Shown: piece after piece, positions 17,264 to 26,417 of the stretch
Numbering within the stretch: position 1 is the first letter of the stretch
Layout of the letters: each line of letters starts with the position of its first letter
Source: a virus
Virus record (IMG/VR): IMGVR_UViG_3300035698_027961
Location: 15,312-79,311 of that record
Direction: 5' to 3' (one strand)
Length of the DNA: 64,000 nt
Translations under genes and position numbers: made by a program
Notes under the pieces: generated by a model
The model's database searches: none
Told to the model about the DNA's origin: nothing
The model's input: the letters and a program-made list of their open reading frames with translations, nothing else

Positions 17264-18199
17264 TTATTTGGTGTAGGCTGATTCAAACTCTTCCATTATA
17301 ATCCTTAGCTCGTCTTTCTTAACATGACGGTTGTCTGATTTATACGGTGAGTCGAAGTATTCTTTTACTATTTCATATGACGGCCAATAAAACAAACTTT
17401 TACCGGCGTCCTCTGATTCTCTATAGAATTCGTCAATGGCGGACCTTAGTATAGACTTTGATACACTATTTGCAGTAACGCAAGATTTATCTCTAAATGT
17501 GGCAACAAGCGGAACCGGAGATAGAGAAAATACAACATTTGCATTAGGACGATTCTTTTTTATCAAACTATATATATATTTTATGTTCTTTTTATTCTCT
17601 GAGAATGAGGCGACTTTAAAAGCATGAACCTTTGGGTTAAATTTTTCTTCGGGTATGGACCTCCAGAAGACAGCACCTGACTCTTTATTATACCACACTT
17701 CGCTAAGCCCAAGGGTTATAATAAACAGGTCAGTCTTATTAAAAACATCGAGAGTCGACTTCCTCAAAGCCTTGCTTCTGGATATCTTATTCTTGTCAGA
17801 TGCGTGCCAAGTCTCTTCTGAGAATTCTTTATTTTCATAGACCCACTCAAAAAGTTGGCGAATAGCAAAGGTGTTATTAACTCCGGCCCTGAAGTCTATT
17901 ATTTCTCCGGATGATCCACTTGATATAGAGTATCCTTTTTCGACTAAGTAGTTTGATATATTTTCGGCAAAACAGCTTCCGAATGCCAAAATCTTTGTAT
18001 CTTTGGATATGAAAGGCTCTTGTGGTAGCCATCCCTTTAGGATATACTTCTTAATGGCTTCGGGTTCTTTTAAATTTGCAAGGCTGGGGTTAAAATTACA
18101 ATTTTCTCCGCGATACCAGCTTTTATGAGCCTCTCCGGATATTCCGTCCTTAGTGTAGTATATTTTTCCGTTCTTTCTTTCGGTCTTGTCGTTGGACAT
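17264..18199 (-). CDS. GSCFA-domain protein
   Basis: FGSCFAENI, IITLGLSEVW, SLSPVPL, NSVSKS.LR, Y.PSYE, D.RHV. Confidence 0.88.
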   Translation of the reverse strand: MSNDKTERKNGKIYYTKDGISGEAHKSWYRGENCNFNPSLANLKEPEAIKKYILKGWLPQEPFISKDTKILAFGSCFAENISNYLVEKGYSISSGSSGEIIDFRAGVNNTFAIRQLFEWVYENKEFSEETWHASDKNKISRSKALRKSTLDVFNKTDLFIITLGLSEVWYNKESGAVFWRSIPEEKFNPKVHAFKVASFSENKKNIKYIYSLIKKNRPNANVVFSLSPVPLVATFRDKSCVTANSVSKSILRSAIDEFYRESEDAGKSLFYWPSYEIVKEYFDSPYKSDNRHVKKDELRIIMEEFESAYTK

Positions 18200-18715
18200 T
18201 TAGCCCTCCGGGTACACCAGGATAATGTTTTCCTCTTGGTATACAATACTACCACCAGGCTTTAATAACCTTAGTATGTATTTTTTATTTTTTTTAAAAA
18301 ATGCTGCATCGTCAATAATCAATGCGTCTATTGCTCTATTGGGCATTGCCGATAGGCCGTTTAGCTCTTTGTCTTCGGAAATCCTAAATATAAAAGACTT
18401 TGGGTGGCTAAGACTTATACTTAAAAGTAAGTCGATATCTTTATCTGCCACCATATATTGCACTTGTAATTTATCAGACAGGGCAGAAATATTCTTAAAA
18501 GACTTGGAAGATAAGTCTAAGACTACATCATAGTCTTTTAAATTATAAAACCACCAGGATTGCTCCATGATGGCCTCTGTAGACTTTGAATACTTTTCTA
18601 AACATAGAGTTTCTTCAGCTTTAATTCCAATTATATTTCTATAGATATGCGGGCATAATGCACATCGCTTTTCGCAAAAAATATTAGATCCGCAATGACT
18701 ACATAATAGATCCAT
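18200..18715 (-). CDS. Cys-rich N-terminus plus degenerate SAM-methyltransferase-like domain
   Basis: CSHC...C...CALC; VVLDL, IDALII, RLLKPGG; the glycine-rich motif I is absent. Confidence 0.45.
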   Translation of the reverse strand: MDLLCSHCGSNIFCEKRCALCPHIYRNIIGIKAEETLCLEKYSKSTEAIMEQSWWFYNLKDYDVVLDLSSKSFKNISALSDKLQVQYMVADKDIDLLLSISLSHPKSFIFRISEDKELNGLSAMPNRAIDALIIDDAAFFKKNKKYILRLLKPGGSIVYQEENIILVYPEG

Positions 18716-18914
18716 ATCCTTCTCCGAAAATTTTTCTAGATAATTTTAATAAATTTTTATTCCTCAAAAAGAATGATATAAATTTTTTGTCTTTAGATAA
18801 TTCTTCCCATCTCTTCAGCACATTCATGCTGGTCGCCTGGCCGTCGAAGGTCTTTCCGTCAAAGCTGCTTCCGCCTCCATGATTAAATTCAAAATCATTA
18901 ATTATTTTAGGCAT
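18699..18914 (-). CDS. hypothetical protein (~71 aa)
   Basis: Fills the gap between neighbours; start MPKII inferred. Confidence 0.55.
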   Translation of the reverse strand: MPKIINDFEFNHGGGSSFDGKTFDGQATSMNVLKRWEELSKDKKFISFFLRNKNLLKLSRKIFGEGYGSIM

Positions 18915-20094
18915 TCTCCAGGGCCCCTCTAATTCTATCTGCGGCCTTCTTCCATGAATTGTTCTCAATTAACTTAAGCCTATCGGACTTGCTAACTAAA
19001 TTATCTATGTCTGATAAAAACGTATTAAGTATGGATTCTTCACTGCAATCAAATATACGATAATCCATGTAGTCGTCAACTAAATCTTTTTTAATAAACG
19101 GACCATTAAATATCCCGATATCTACATTCTCATAGGGCCCGAGAGAATCGACTCCTAGGCCCTGAGAACCCCACTTTACAAACTTATCTTCTCCGCTAGG
19201 TATATATAGTTTGCATCCTGCCATCAAAGCTTCGATCCCGGTCAATCCACAACTTTCGACATGCGTTACACAGAATATATGGGAGCTATTCAGGCACTCG
19301 GCTATCTGAAAGATATTACATCCCAGTCCGTCTGCAATTCCATTTCTCTTATCGTATTCAGATTCCCACCATCTAAATGATAAATCATGAGTCCATTCTT
19401 TCAAATCAAAATTGAAGAATTCAAAACCTTTATTAAGTCTGACTAATTTAATCTTTCTGTCCGGAAATATCTCTGAAATTTTAAATATTGACTTTAGATA
19501 AACATCTGTTATATCAGCTCTGAAATCTTGAAGTGCTGCGTGGTCCATTACAATGTTTATCGAATCGTATTTCTTTGAAGATGGATCAAATATTTTATGG
19601 TCTGCGCACCAGCCCATGTATGTCGGTCGTATTGATTTATTTTTTGAATCATTTACTATGGCATCTAATGCTGCCTGGTTTGGAATTTTCCTAGCGACAA
19701 ACAGATAATCTTCGTTATATTTGTTTGGGCCAAAGTGGTCATGAATTGAGCATAGCTTTACGTCGCTATTAATCTTTTTTATAAAGCGAATATCAGCGTC
19801 ATTTAACTTTGCAAACCCTCTTTGAACTGTAGTGAGGCAATAGTCGACATCACTTTTATTCTCATCTAGATGGCTTAGCACTTTGGCGACCTGAGCCCTT
19901 CTTCGTTCTTTTGTTCCATAGTATTCTGATGATATATACTTAACCCACTCTTCGCTGTCAGCAAGATCCGATGAAGGAATAATGTCAAAGTGCCTTGATA
20001 GATATTTTGATAAGAAAAACGAACAGACATTAGCATGAGTATTGATGTTAATTTTCTTTTTTGGTTGCGGATATATTAAAAGCTTTTTCTTCAT
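18907..20094 (-). CDS. divergent GT-B glycosyltransferase
   Basis: HVESCGLTGIEALMAGCKL (EX7E). Confidence 0.7.
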   Translation of the reverse strand: MKKKLLIYPQPKKKININTHANVCSFFLSKYLSRHFDIIPSSDLADSEEWVKYISSEYYGTKERRRAQVAKVLSHLDENKSDVDYCLTTVQRGFAKLNDADIRFIKKINSDVKLCSIHDHFGPNKYNEDYLFVARKIPNQAALDAIVNDSKNKSIRPTYMGWCADHKIFDPSSKKYDSINIVMDHAALQDFRADITDVYLKSIFKISEIFPDRKIKLVRLNKGFEFFNFDLKEWTHDLSFRWWESEYDKRNGIADGLGCNIFQIAECLNSSHIFCVTHVESCGLTGIEALMAGCKLYIPSGEDKFVKWGSQGLGVDSLGPYENVDIGIFNGPFIKKDLVDDYMDYRIFDCSEESILNTFLSDIDNLVSKSDRLKLIENNSWKKAADRIRGALENA

Positions 20095-20095
20095 A

Positions 20096-20776
20096 TTATT
20101 CCTTGAAGTATCTATAATAACTAGTCTTACTAAAATATTTTTTAAGCTCTTGATAGTTTAAAATTGAATCGACCAAGGTTCTGCGGTCTAGCTTCTCAGA
20201 CCCTCGACCTGAGGTAGATGATACCCTGTATTCATTTAGATTTAAAAAATTAAATATATCTCTTGTGACAGCCTGCTTATCTAGAACTAAGTCTTCGTAT
20301 GATACTTTGATATTATCAAGTTTTTCAATAAACTGTAATGCAGATAGCTCATCACTTTCCCAATCTTTAAAAAACTTATGCAGTTTGGACTTATCAATAA
20401 ATATTGGTTTCGTATCGAGTCTGACTTTCGCTGCGTCCGACAGGGCGGCCCCGTTTTTCTCATAACATCCATATTTTCTAGCCATCTCTTTGGATAAAAA
20501 TACCTCTAATTTATTGTCTCTAGTTAGAAATATAACCTTTAGCTTCTGCTCTGGTCGGATTCTCTCATGAACCTTGGTTTTGGTTTTCAAAAGGAATCCG
20601 CAAGCTTTACCATTACACCCTGAGAAGCCCTGCTCGAAAGCCCATGAGTCACCATGAGATAGTATATCCGCAGTTTGTGAGTCCGAATTGCAACAGATAT
20701 CTGGATGAGAATTTAAAAGGTTCATCAGCATATGACTTCCGACTCTCTGTTGTGAAAGTATTACGAACTTAATCAA
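20096..20776 (-). CDS. PAPS-dependent sulfotransferase (Stf0-like)
   Basis: FVILSQQRVGSHML..LLNSHP (5'-PSB), LTRDN.L...LS (3'-PB), V.YEDL. Confidence 0.85.
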   Translation of the reverse strand: MIKFVILSQQRVGSHMLMNLLNSHPDICCNSDSQTADILSHGDSWAFEQGFSGCNGKACGFLLKTKTKVHERIRPEQKLKVIFLTRDNKLEVFLSKEMARKYGCYEKNGAALSDAAKVRLDTKPIFIDKSKLHKFFKDWESDELSALQFIEKLDNIKVSYEDLVLDKQAVTRDIFNFLNLNEYRVSSTSGRGSEKLDRRTLVDSILNYQELKKYFSKTSYYRYFKE

Positions 20777-21383
20777 CTTTTCTTACCATGTAGATTGTTT
20801 TAAATATTCGTTCAAATGCTAAGCCGTGAGAGTTAATTTTCTTTAAAAATTCATGTAATTCTTCCTCGGTATCCCTCCTGATGCCAAACCTAGAGATATC
20901 CATGATGACGCATCCATGGCTCTTAAATGATTCTAGTAGCTTATCGGTATTTTCATTATTATAGGTTGAGACGAAATTAAATGTTATTAACAAATCGTAC
21001 AGATTACTATTTGGAAATCTATCCAATAATAACTTAAACTTGCCTGCATTTTTGAATTTATTAGAAACCATTGACTTTAAATGCTCTGAATCATCCAACC
21101 TATCCTTTCTGACCTCAATACCTGTAACATTATTAAATCCCAAAGCCGATAGTGCAATAGGTATCTGGCCCATGCCGCATCCAGGTTCGCATATTGCAGC
21201 ATTCTTATCAAACTCCTCGCTAATGAATTTGATTATTTCTATTTCGGATTCCCCGAGAGCCATTCCTTGCGAAATTTTTGTAGAGTAGTAGTTATCGAAA
21301 GCTTCTCTAGTCTCACATATATGCTTGATCTGTTCGGTCATAATCTCATTTATCTTTTTAATTTTTTGCATCCCCATCACCAT
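20769..21383 (-). CDS. class I SAM-dependent methyltransferase
   Basis: ICEPGCGMG, VTGIE, YDLLI. Start could be 21377 or 21371. Confidence 0.8.
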   Translation of the reverse strand: MVMGMQKIKKINEIMTEQIKHICETREAFDNYYSTKISQGMALGESEIEIIKFISEEFDKNAAICEPGCGMGQIPIALSALGFNNVTGIEVRKDRLDDSEHLKSMVSNKFKNAGKFKLLLDRFPNSNLYDLLITFNFVSTYNNENTDKLLESFKSHGCVIMDISRFGIRRDTEEELHEFLKKINSHGLAFERIFKTIYMVRKVD

Positions 21384-22479
21384 TATCCATAAAGCTTAGA
21401 GCTTTAAATACTTCATCTGAAGTTACATATTTTAAACTAACACGAGAGCCATATGCTATCTTGCTTAATTTGTCAAAAATACTATTGATATTATCATCTA
21501 ATAGCGGAAATTTATATTCCCCATCAACCTCGTACTCTGAAGAAAGACTGTGCGAATATGTCTTGAAAAATAATGTGCCGTTAATGATGGGTGAGCCTGC
21601 GATCATATCATAAATAAACTTACCATGGTTTGATATATTTTCGGCTACAACGTCAGAGTAATTATCAATAGAGCTAGTCGGGTGCTTTAATCTTGAGTTC
21701 CAAATCGTAATCCTGTTCTTAACCATAACTTTGCTACCAAAATTTATAGCCATCGGATCCGAATTAATATAGTCGTAAGACCGCCATATTGAGGGGGTTA
21801 GGCATGAAAAAGGACTCCTTATGTGAGGATCGCATTTCTTACGACCAGCCGGAAAAGTAAAGTCGGCACTGCAGCCGGCCCTTCTTAGTATATCTAACTC
21901 ACCCTCCAGCTGACAAACTCTTCTATCTGAAGCATTGAGGCCCCACTTTCCATGAACGAAGTGCCATGTTTTAAAGTCCCTTCCGGTATTGTTCCTTAGA
22001 AATCTAAGGCACATATTCAAATAAAGCGAAAACCTCTTTTCATCATCGGTCATAGTTCCTGCGTTAATAAGTTCTCTTATCTTCGCATCCCTTGCCGGCT
22101 CCTCACTTCTGGTAAAATGCTCATGATGAATGTGCAGCTGAATGTCCATCTTTGTCTCTTCAGATATTTTCTTTAGAATTTTTCCAGAACTAATCGTGAT
22201 ATCATTTTCTACAAACCCAATGGAGTCATCTTCAAAGAAATGGCCAGAGCCATCATCTTCGTCTCTAGATATTACAGCAAAAGTTGGTCTAAAAAATAGA
22301 CTCATCTTTCTAGTATGTTTCTGAGAATTAGATTTCTCTATGAAAGAATCTATATGCCTTTCCTCAATAATTTTATTCGAGTCTAACGTTGTTGGTTCAA
22401 AATGATCTATATGAAAGCATAATATTTTCTTAATTCCTCTTGAATATAGTAAATCAGAAATTTCTTTATCCGTGTACAT
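21358..22479 (-). CDS. putative metal-dependent carbohydrate deacetylase-like protein (DHFEP family)
   Basis: IDHFEP, LHIHH, FVHGKWGL, GCSADFTFP, SH; Asp/His clusters resemble a NodB-like barrel. Confidence 0.5.
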   Translation of the reverse strand: MYTDKEISDLLYSRGIKKILCFHIDHFEPTTLDSNKIIEERHIDSFIEKSNSQKHTRKMSLFFRPTFAVISRDEDDGSGHFFEDDSIGFVENDITISSGKILKKISEETKMDIQLHIHHEHFTRSEEPARDAKIRELINAGTMTDDEKRFSLYLNMCLRFLRNNTGRDFKTWHFVHGKWGLNASDRRVCQLEGELDILRRAGCSADFTFPAGRKKCDPHIRSPFSCLTPSIWRSYDYINSDPMAINFGSKVMVKNRITIWNSRLKHPTSSIDNYSDVVAENISNHGKFIYDMIAGSPIINGTLFFKTYSHSLSSEYEVDGEYKFPLLDDNINSIFDKLSKIAYGSRVSLKYVTSDEVFKALSFMDNGDGDAKN

Positions 22480-23516
22480 TATATTATTCCGTTTATACTT
22501 CTTAGCAGAGAGCCGAAATCATGGTTAATTTCTACTCTACTCTCTGACTTTATCAGTGACGCTGACTTTTCAACCCACTCATCTACATCATATATATCAC
22601 TACAAACAGAGCTATCAGGATATAGTTCGCTCCATCCGCAATTATTAGAAACTAAAATATTTGAACCTGCCATAATTGCCTCCTTAATAACGTTCGGAGA
22701 GGCGTCGTAATATGATGTGCAAATAACTAATTTTGAATTTTGAATTATTTTAATAACTTCAGTTTGATTCATCAGGTTATACTTTTTGCAGTTACTAACT
22801 CCTGCAAAAATATTGCTCCCTTCACCTATAACTACTTTTTTATTGCTTTTGAACGATTTATTTGACATCAATTTTAAAGCCAACTTTGAATTTTTAACTG
22901 GCCTATTTAGATTAGAGCATATGAACGCTATGTCTATTTCCCTATCTGAGAATTTTTTCCCAATTTCTATTTTATGATTAAATGCCATAGATGTATCTAT
23001 CGGTTGCTTAATTTTTTTATTTTTCCCGTAGTTCTTAATTAGTATTTTTGATGCCTGATGGCTATTGGGAATTACTAAGTCTGCCTTTTTAACACAGGAT
23101 GCCTCGGGAGCAAAAAATAAAGGTTCCATTCTTGATTCTGTATAGCTGACGGATGATATATTTCTAGATGATAATTCAGACATCTGTGGCGAACCTGTTA
23201 CTAGATAAACATTTTTTACCCCAGGAAACATAGGCCCTGAAATAACCGGGGCAGCATAGTTTTTTGACAAAATTATATCAGGAGTACCCTTCAGATACTT
23301 TTCAATTATCTTTACAGCCATCTGTTTACTGTCTCTATCGCCAATTCTAAAAACTCCACCTATGTTGTCTATATCTACAACCACGTCTTTGTTTTCAAAG
23401 AAAATACAGGCAACGGTGTGGCCGTGAAATCTTAGATACTTTACTAAAGCATAAGAGTTTGTAGCTGCGCCACCATAATAAGGATACTGAGTGCTAGTAA
23501 TTAATATTTTAGACAT
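22479..23516 (-). CDS. GT-B (GT4-like) glycosyltransferase
   Basis: KILI...YP..GGA, PNS, PVKN, SYYDASPNVIKEA; TAATG coupling to the upstream gene. Confidence 0.85.
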   Translation of the reverse strand: MSKILITSTQYPYYGGAATNSYALVKYLRFHGHTVACIFFENKDVVVDIDNIGGVFRIGDRDSKQMAVKIIEKYLKGTPDIILSKNYAAPVISGPMFPGVKNVYLVTGSPQMSELSSRNISSVSYTESRMEPLFFAPEASCVKKADLVIPNSHQASKILIKNYGKNKKIKQPIDTSMAFNHKIEIGKKFSDREIDIAFICSNLNRPVKNSKLALKLMSNKSFKSNKKVVIGEGSNIFAGVSNCKKYNLMNQTEVIKIIQNSKLVICTSYYDASPNVIKEAIMAGSNILVSNNCGWSELYPDSSVCSDIYDVDEWVEKSASLIKSESRVEINHDFGSLLRSINGII

Positions 23517-24400
23517 TATATTTTTATAAACTCGATAAAAGCTCGACTTCTTAATTCCCATGACCAATTCTGTTCTATTTGGTCTCGAAGATAAATTCCA
23601 TTTTTAGAAACCTGCTCACTGGTGGTTGAAATGATGGTCTTTTTTAATGCAGCTTCTGTTGAGACGATTGCTATGTCTTTATTCCTATTAATTAGCTGAG
23701 GAACATTTCCAACATTGGTTGATATAATGTTTCTACCACATGATGCCGCTTCAAGAATTGGATTTGGTGTTCCCTCGGAAGTGCTAAAGCAAATTAATGT
23801 GCCTATCGAGTTATAAAATTTATTCATTTCTTGACGGCCGTATCCACTCTTATGAGTCGCAATCTTAAGTGTTGATTTAACATCTTTTAATGCAAATATT
23901 TTTTCAATTACATCAAATCTCTTCACATCCCTATCACGATTTCCAACCCAACCAAAAACACTAGCATACTCTGATGGATCGCTGATGGGCTTAAAAAAAT
24001 CTGATTCGACGCCAAAGGGAGTATTAAATATTTTTATACCAAGGCTAGCGCATGGCTGCTTAAACTCATTATACAAATAATTACTCGAAGTACTTATTGC
24101 GTCATATATAATAAAAGACTTAGCCATCTTATCAGCCTTCGGTCTTCCGACATGGCTTGATACGGTAGTAATTAACCTATAGGATCTCTTGCCTCTGGGA
24201 TCTAGATACTTATTTATAATTCCATATATTGGCCAGTTTAGAAGATAAACTATGTCGAACCCGTCTAGATCGGACCTTGACTTAATCTCTTTAAAGTGAG
24301 TTATTTTGCTTGTATGTTCAGGAAGGTACTTAACCAGTGCATTTGCCCTGCTTGATAATGCCCAATTATAACTATCAACTACATAGAGTACATTTTTCAT
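23516..24400 (-). CDS. GT-B (GT4-like) glycosyltransferase
   Basis: PFGV, GWVG, STSEGTPNPILEAASCG..IISTNVG; ATGA coupling. Confidence 0.88.
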   Translation of the reverse strand: MKNVLYVVDSYNWALSSRANALVKYLPEHTSKITHFKEIKSRSDLDGFDIVYLLNWPIYGIINKYLDPRGKRSYRLITTVSSHVGRPKADKMAKSFIIYDAISTSSNYLYNEFKQPCASLGIKIFNTPFGVESDFFKPISDPSEYASVFGWVGNRDRDVKRFDVIEKIFALKDVKSTLKIATHKSGYGRQEMNKFYNSIGTLICFSTSEGTPNPILEAASCGRNIISTNVGNVPQLINRNKDIAIVSTEAALKKTIISTTSEQVSKNGIYLRDQIEQNWSWELRSRAFIEFIKI

Positions 24401-25317
24401 ACGGCATCGCCAAGAACTGACTCCCACGATGATATAAAATCCTTGATGTGAAAATGCTTAATAGCTATTTCGCGAGCTGAGTTGCCAAAATCATTTCTCA
24501 TCATAGATGAGCCAAGAAGTCTCTTTATTTCCAGAACTATTTCTTTATCATCATTTGATAAAATAGCGTTCTTTTTATGAGCAAAGTACTTAGATATTTC
24601 GTAATTATTTGTAGATACAATTGGCATTCCGCACATAGCTGCTTCGGCTCGACTTCTCGGCATGGCGGAAGAGTGAGTTGGATTAAAATATACACTGTAA
24701 GAGTTATATATTCTTATCAGCTGTTCAAAATCTTCAGCCTGTCTATCTACTTTATATAGATCCAGGTTGCCATGCCCAACTACGTCAGCTATCTGAAGTT
24801 TGGAAGAAACCCTATCCCATAGCGGAAATCCCATAACATGAGATCTTGACCTGAAAGCATTTGCTACTGTAAGAATTCTTTTATTTTTTTCCAAATTTAA
24901 ATTACAAAATTCTTCAGGATCATATCCATGAACTATATAATAGTGCCTTTTATCTGGAAACTTTTTGCTGTAGTTAGTCATAACATCGAGAGAGTTCCAC
25001 ACAACATGCCGACAGTAGCTAGGTATGTCAAATGGGGTGGTGGTTTGAACTACCGCTATAGGAACTGCACCTTTCTTAACGAAGTATGAAACTCTTTCAC
25101 GCTGAACTGGAGATCTGACAATAACTACATCAAAATTTTCATCTCTTAGGCTTGCCTCATCGGATAATGTTATATTTTCATTAAGAGGTCGGTGTTTTTC
25201 GTTCCAGCTTGGAATCTTTTTATTTGCACCAACCAAGCATATATCATGATTTATTTTGGCAAATTCTCTCTGATGCCCCTGATGAACATACCAGTCTAAA
25301 ATCTTAAGTCTTGTCAT
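24397..25317 (-). CDS. GT-B (GT4-like) glycosyltransferase
   Basis: VHGYD, YFNPT..S.MPRS..EAAMCGMPIVS. Confidence 0.85.
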   Translation of the reverse strand: MTRLKILDWYVHQGHQREFAKINHDICLVGANKKIPSWNEKHRPLNENITLSDEASLRDENFDVVIVRSPVQRERVSYFVKKGAVPIAVVQTTTPFDIPSYCRHVVWNSLDVMTNYSKKFPDKRHYYIVHGYDPEEFCNLNLEKNKRILTVANAFRSRSHVMGFPLWDRVSSKLQIADVVGHGNLDLYKVDRQAEDFEQLIRIYNSYSVYFNPTHSSAMPRSRAEAAMCGMPIVSTNNYEISKYFAHKKNAILSNDDKEIVLEIKRLLGSSMMRNDFGNSAREIAIKHFHIKDFISSWESVLGDAV

Positions 25318-26408
25318 ATTTTTATAATCTCCATCTCTATAAGTTTTGATACATTTTCAACGCTCATAGAATTTGCAATTTCGGAACATAAAGTACCTTT
25401 ATCTTTATATTTTTTATGATTGATATATACATCTTTTAGTAATTCGGACAAGTGCAACTCGCTTGGATATGCCCACCTCTGATAATTTCCATATAGGTGG
25501 GACCACTCCATATCTGATACGGGGCCCAGGTTATGATTTATAATGTGGGCAGAATTATTATCCAGGTATTCCGTAACGCCGCCATACTTGGTTGTCACAA
25601 TCTGCTTACCCATTCTCATAGCGTCATGAATGGGCATGCCCCAGCCCTCACCATGATGCGGGGCAACATAGCAGTCTCCAGTATTATGAAGCATCTTAAT
25701 AAATCTGCTGGAAATAACCTTGCTTGAAAGATATATGGGTGGATAGTATTTTAAATTAAGCTCTCTCTTTAAATTTATGATATCTGGCCTTATCAAGTCT
25801 TCTGTGTGCCCGGCTATATTTAGAGGGTTTACTTTTAATATTAAGATAACATCGTCTTTTTTAGAAAAAGCTTTATAGTACGAGCGAAGTAGGGTCTTCC
25901 AATTCTTTCTATTCTGCCATTGAAATATTGAATAAAATTTATAAGTCTCATCGCTAACTACGTAATCTCTTGAAAAGCCTGACGGAATTTGAATTTTCTC
26001 TTTAGCTGTCCAGTCGTTACATGGCGTTGGAATTACTTTAATCTCACCCCTGTACTTTGAAGCTATGCAGGCTTCTTTAACTAATTCGCATGGAACCCAC
26101 AATTCGTCGACCTGATTAATACTATGAGACCACGACCTAGGAAGCCTGTCAGCTTCCCAATAAAAGTAGCCAACCTTATAAGAATTACTCTTATGCCTGT
26201 TATATGGTGGGCAGTGAAGATAAAAGTCTATTTCAGTTTTTCCCTCATAATTATTTAGCTTAGATATGACCGAATTTTTGTCACTTACGGGTGATAGTTG
26301 AAATTTTGTATTTACGCTCGAAATAGCAAAAGCTTTTGCAAAGTTAGCAACAGCGTTGCCATAACCCGTATGAGAGCTTAATGGGCCAAAAAATCTAACC
26401 GCCTTCAT
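25314..26408 (-). CDS. GT-B (GT4-like) glycosyltransferase
   Basis: TGYG, YWE.D.LP..W, RKN, HGEGWGMPIHDAM; AGGAGG RBS. Confidence 0.9.
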   Translation of the reverse strand: MKAVRFFGPLSSHTGYGNAVANFAKAFAISSVNTKFQLSPVSDKNSVISKLNNYEGKTEIDFYLHCPPYNRHKSNSYKVGYFYWEADRLPRSWSHSINQVDELWVPCELVKEACIASKYRGEIKVIPTPCNDWTAKEKIQIPSGFSRDYVVSDETYKFYSIFQWQNRKNWKTLLRSYYKAFSKKDDVILILKVNPLNIAGHTEDLIRPDIINLKRELNLKYYPPIYLSSKVISSRFIKMLHNTGDCYVAPHHGEGWGMPIHDAMRMGKQIVTTKYGGVTEYLDNNSAHIINHNLGPVSDMEWSHLYGNYQRWAYPSELHLSELLKDVYINHKKYKDKGTLCSEIANSMSVENVSKLIEMEIIKI

Positions 26409-26417
26409 TGCCACCTC

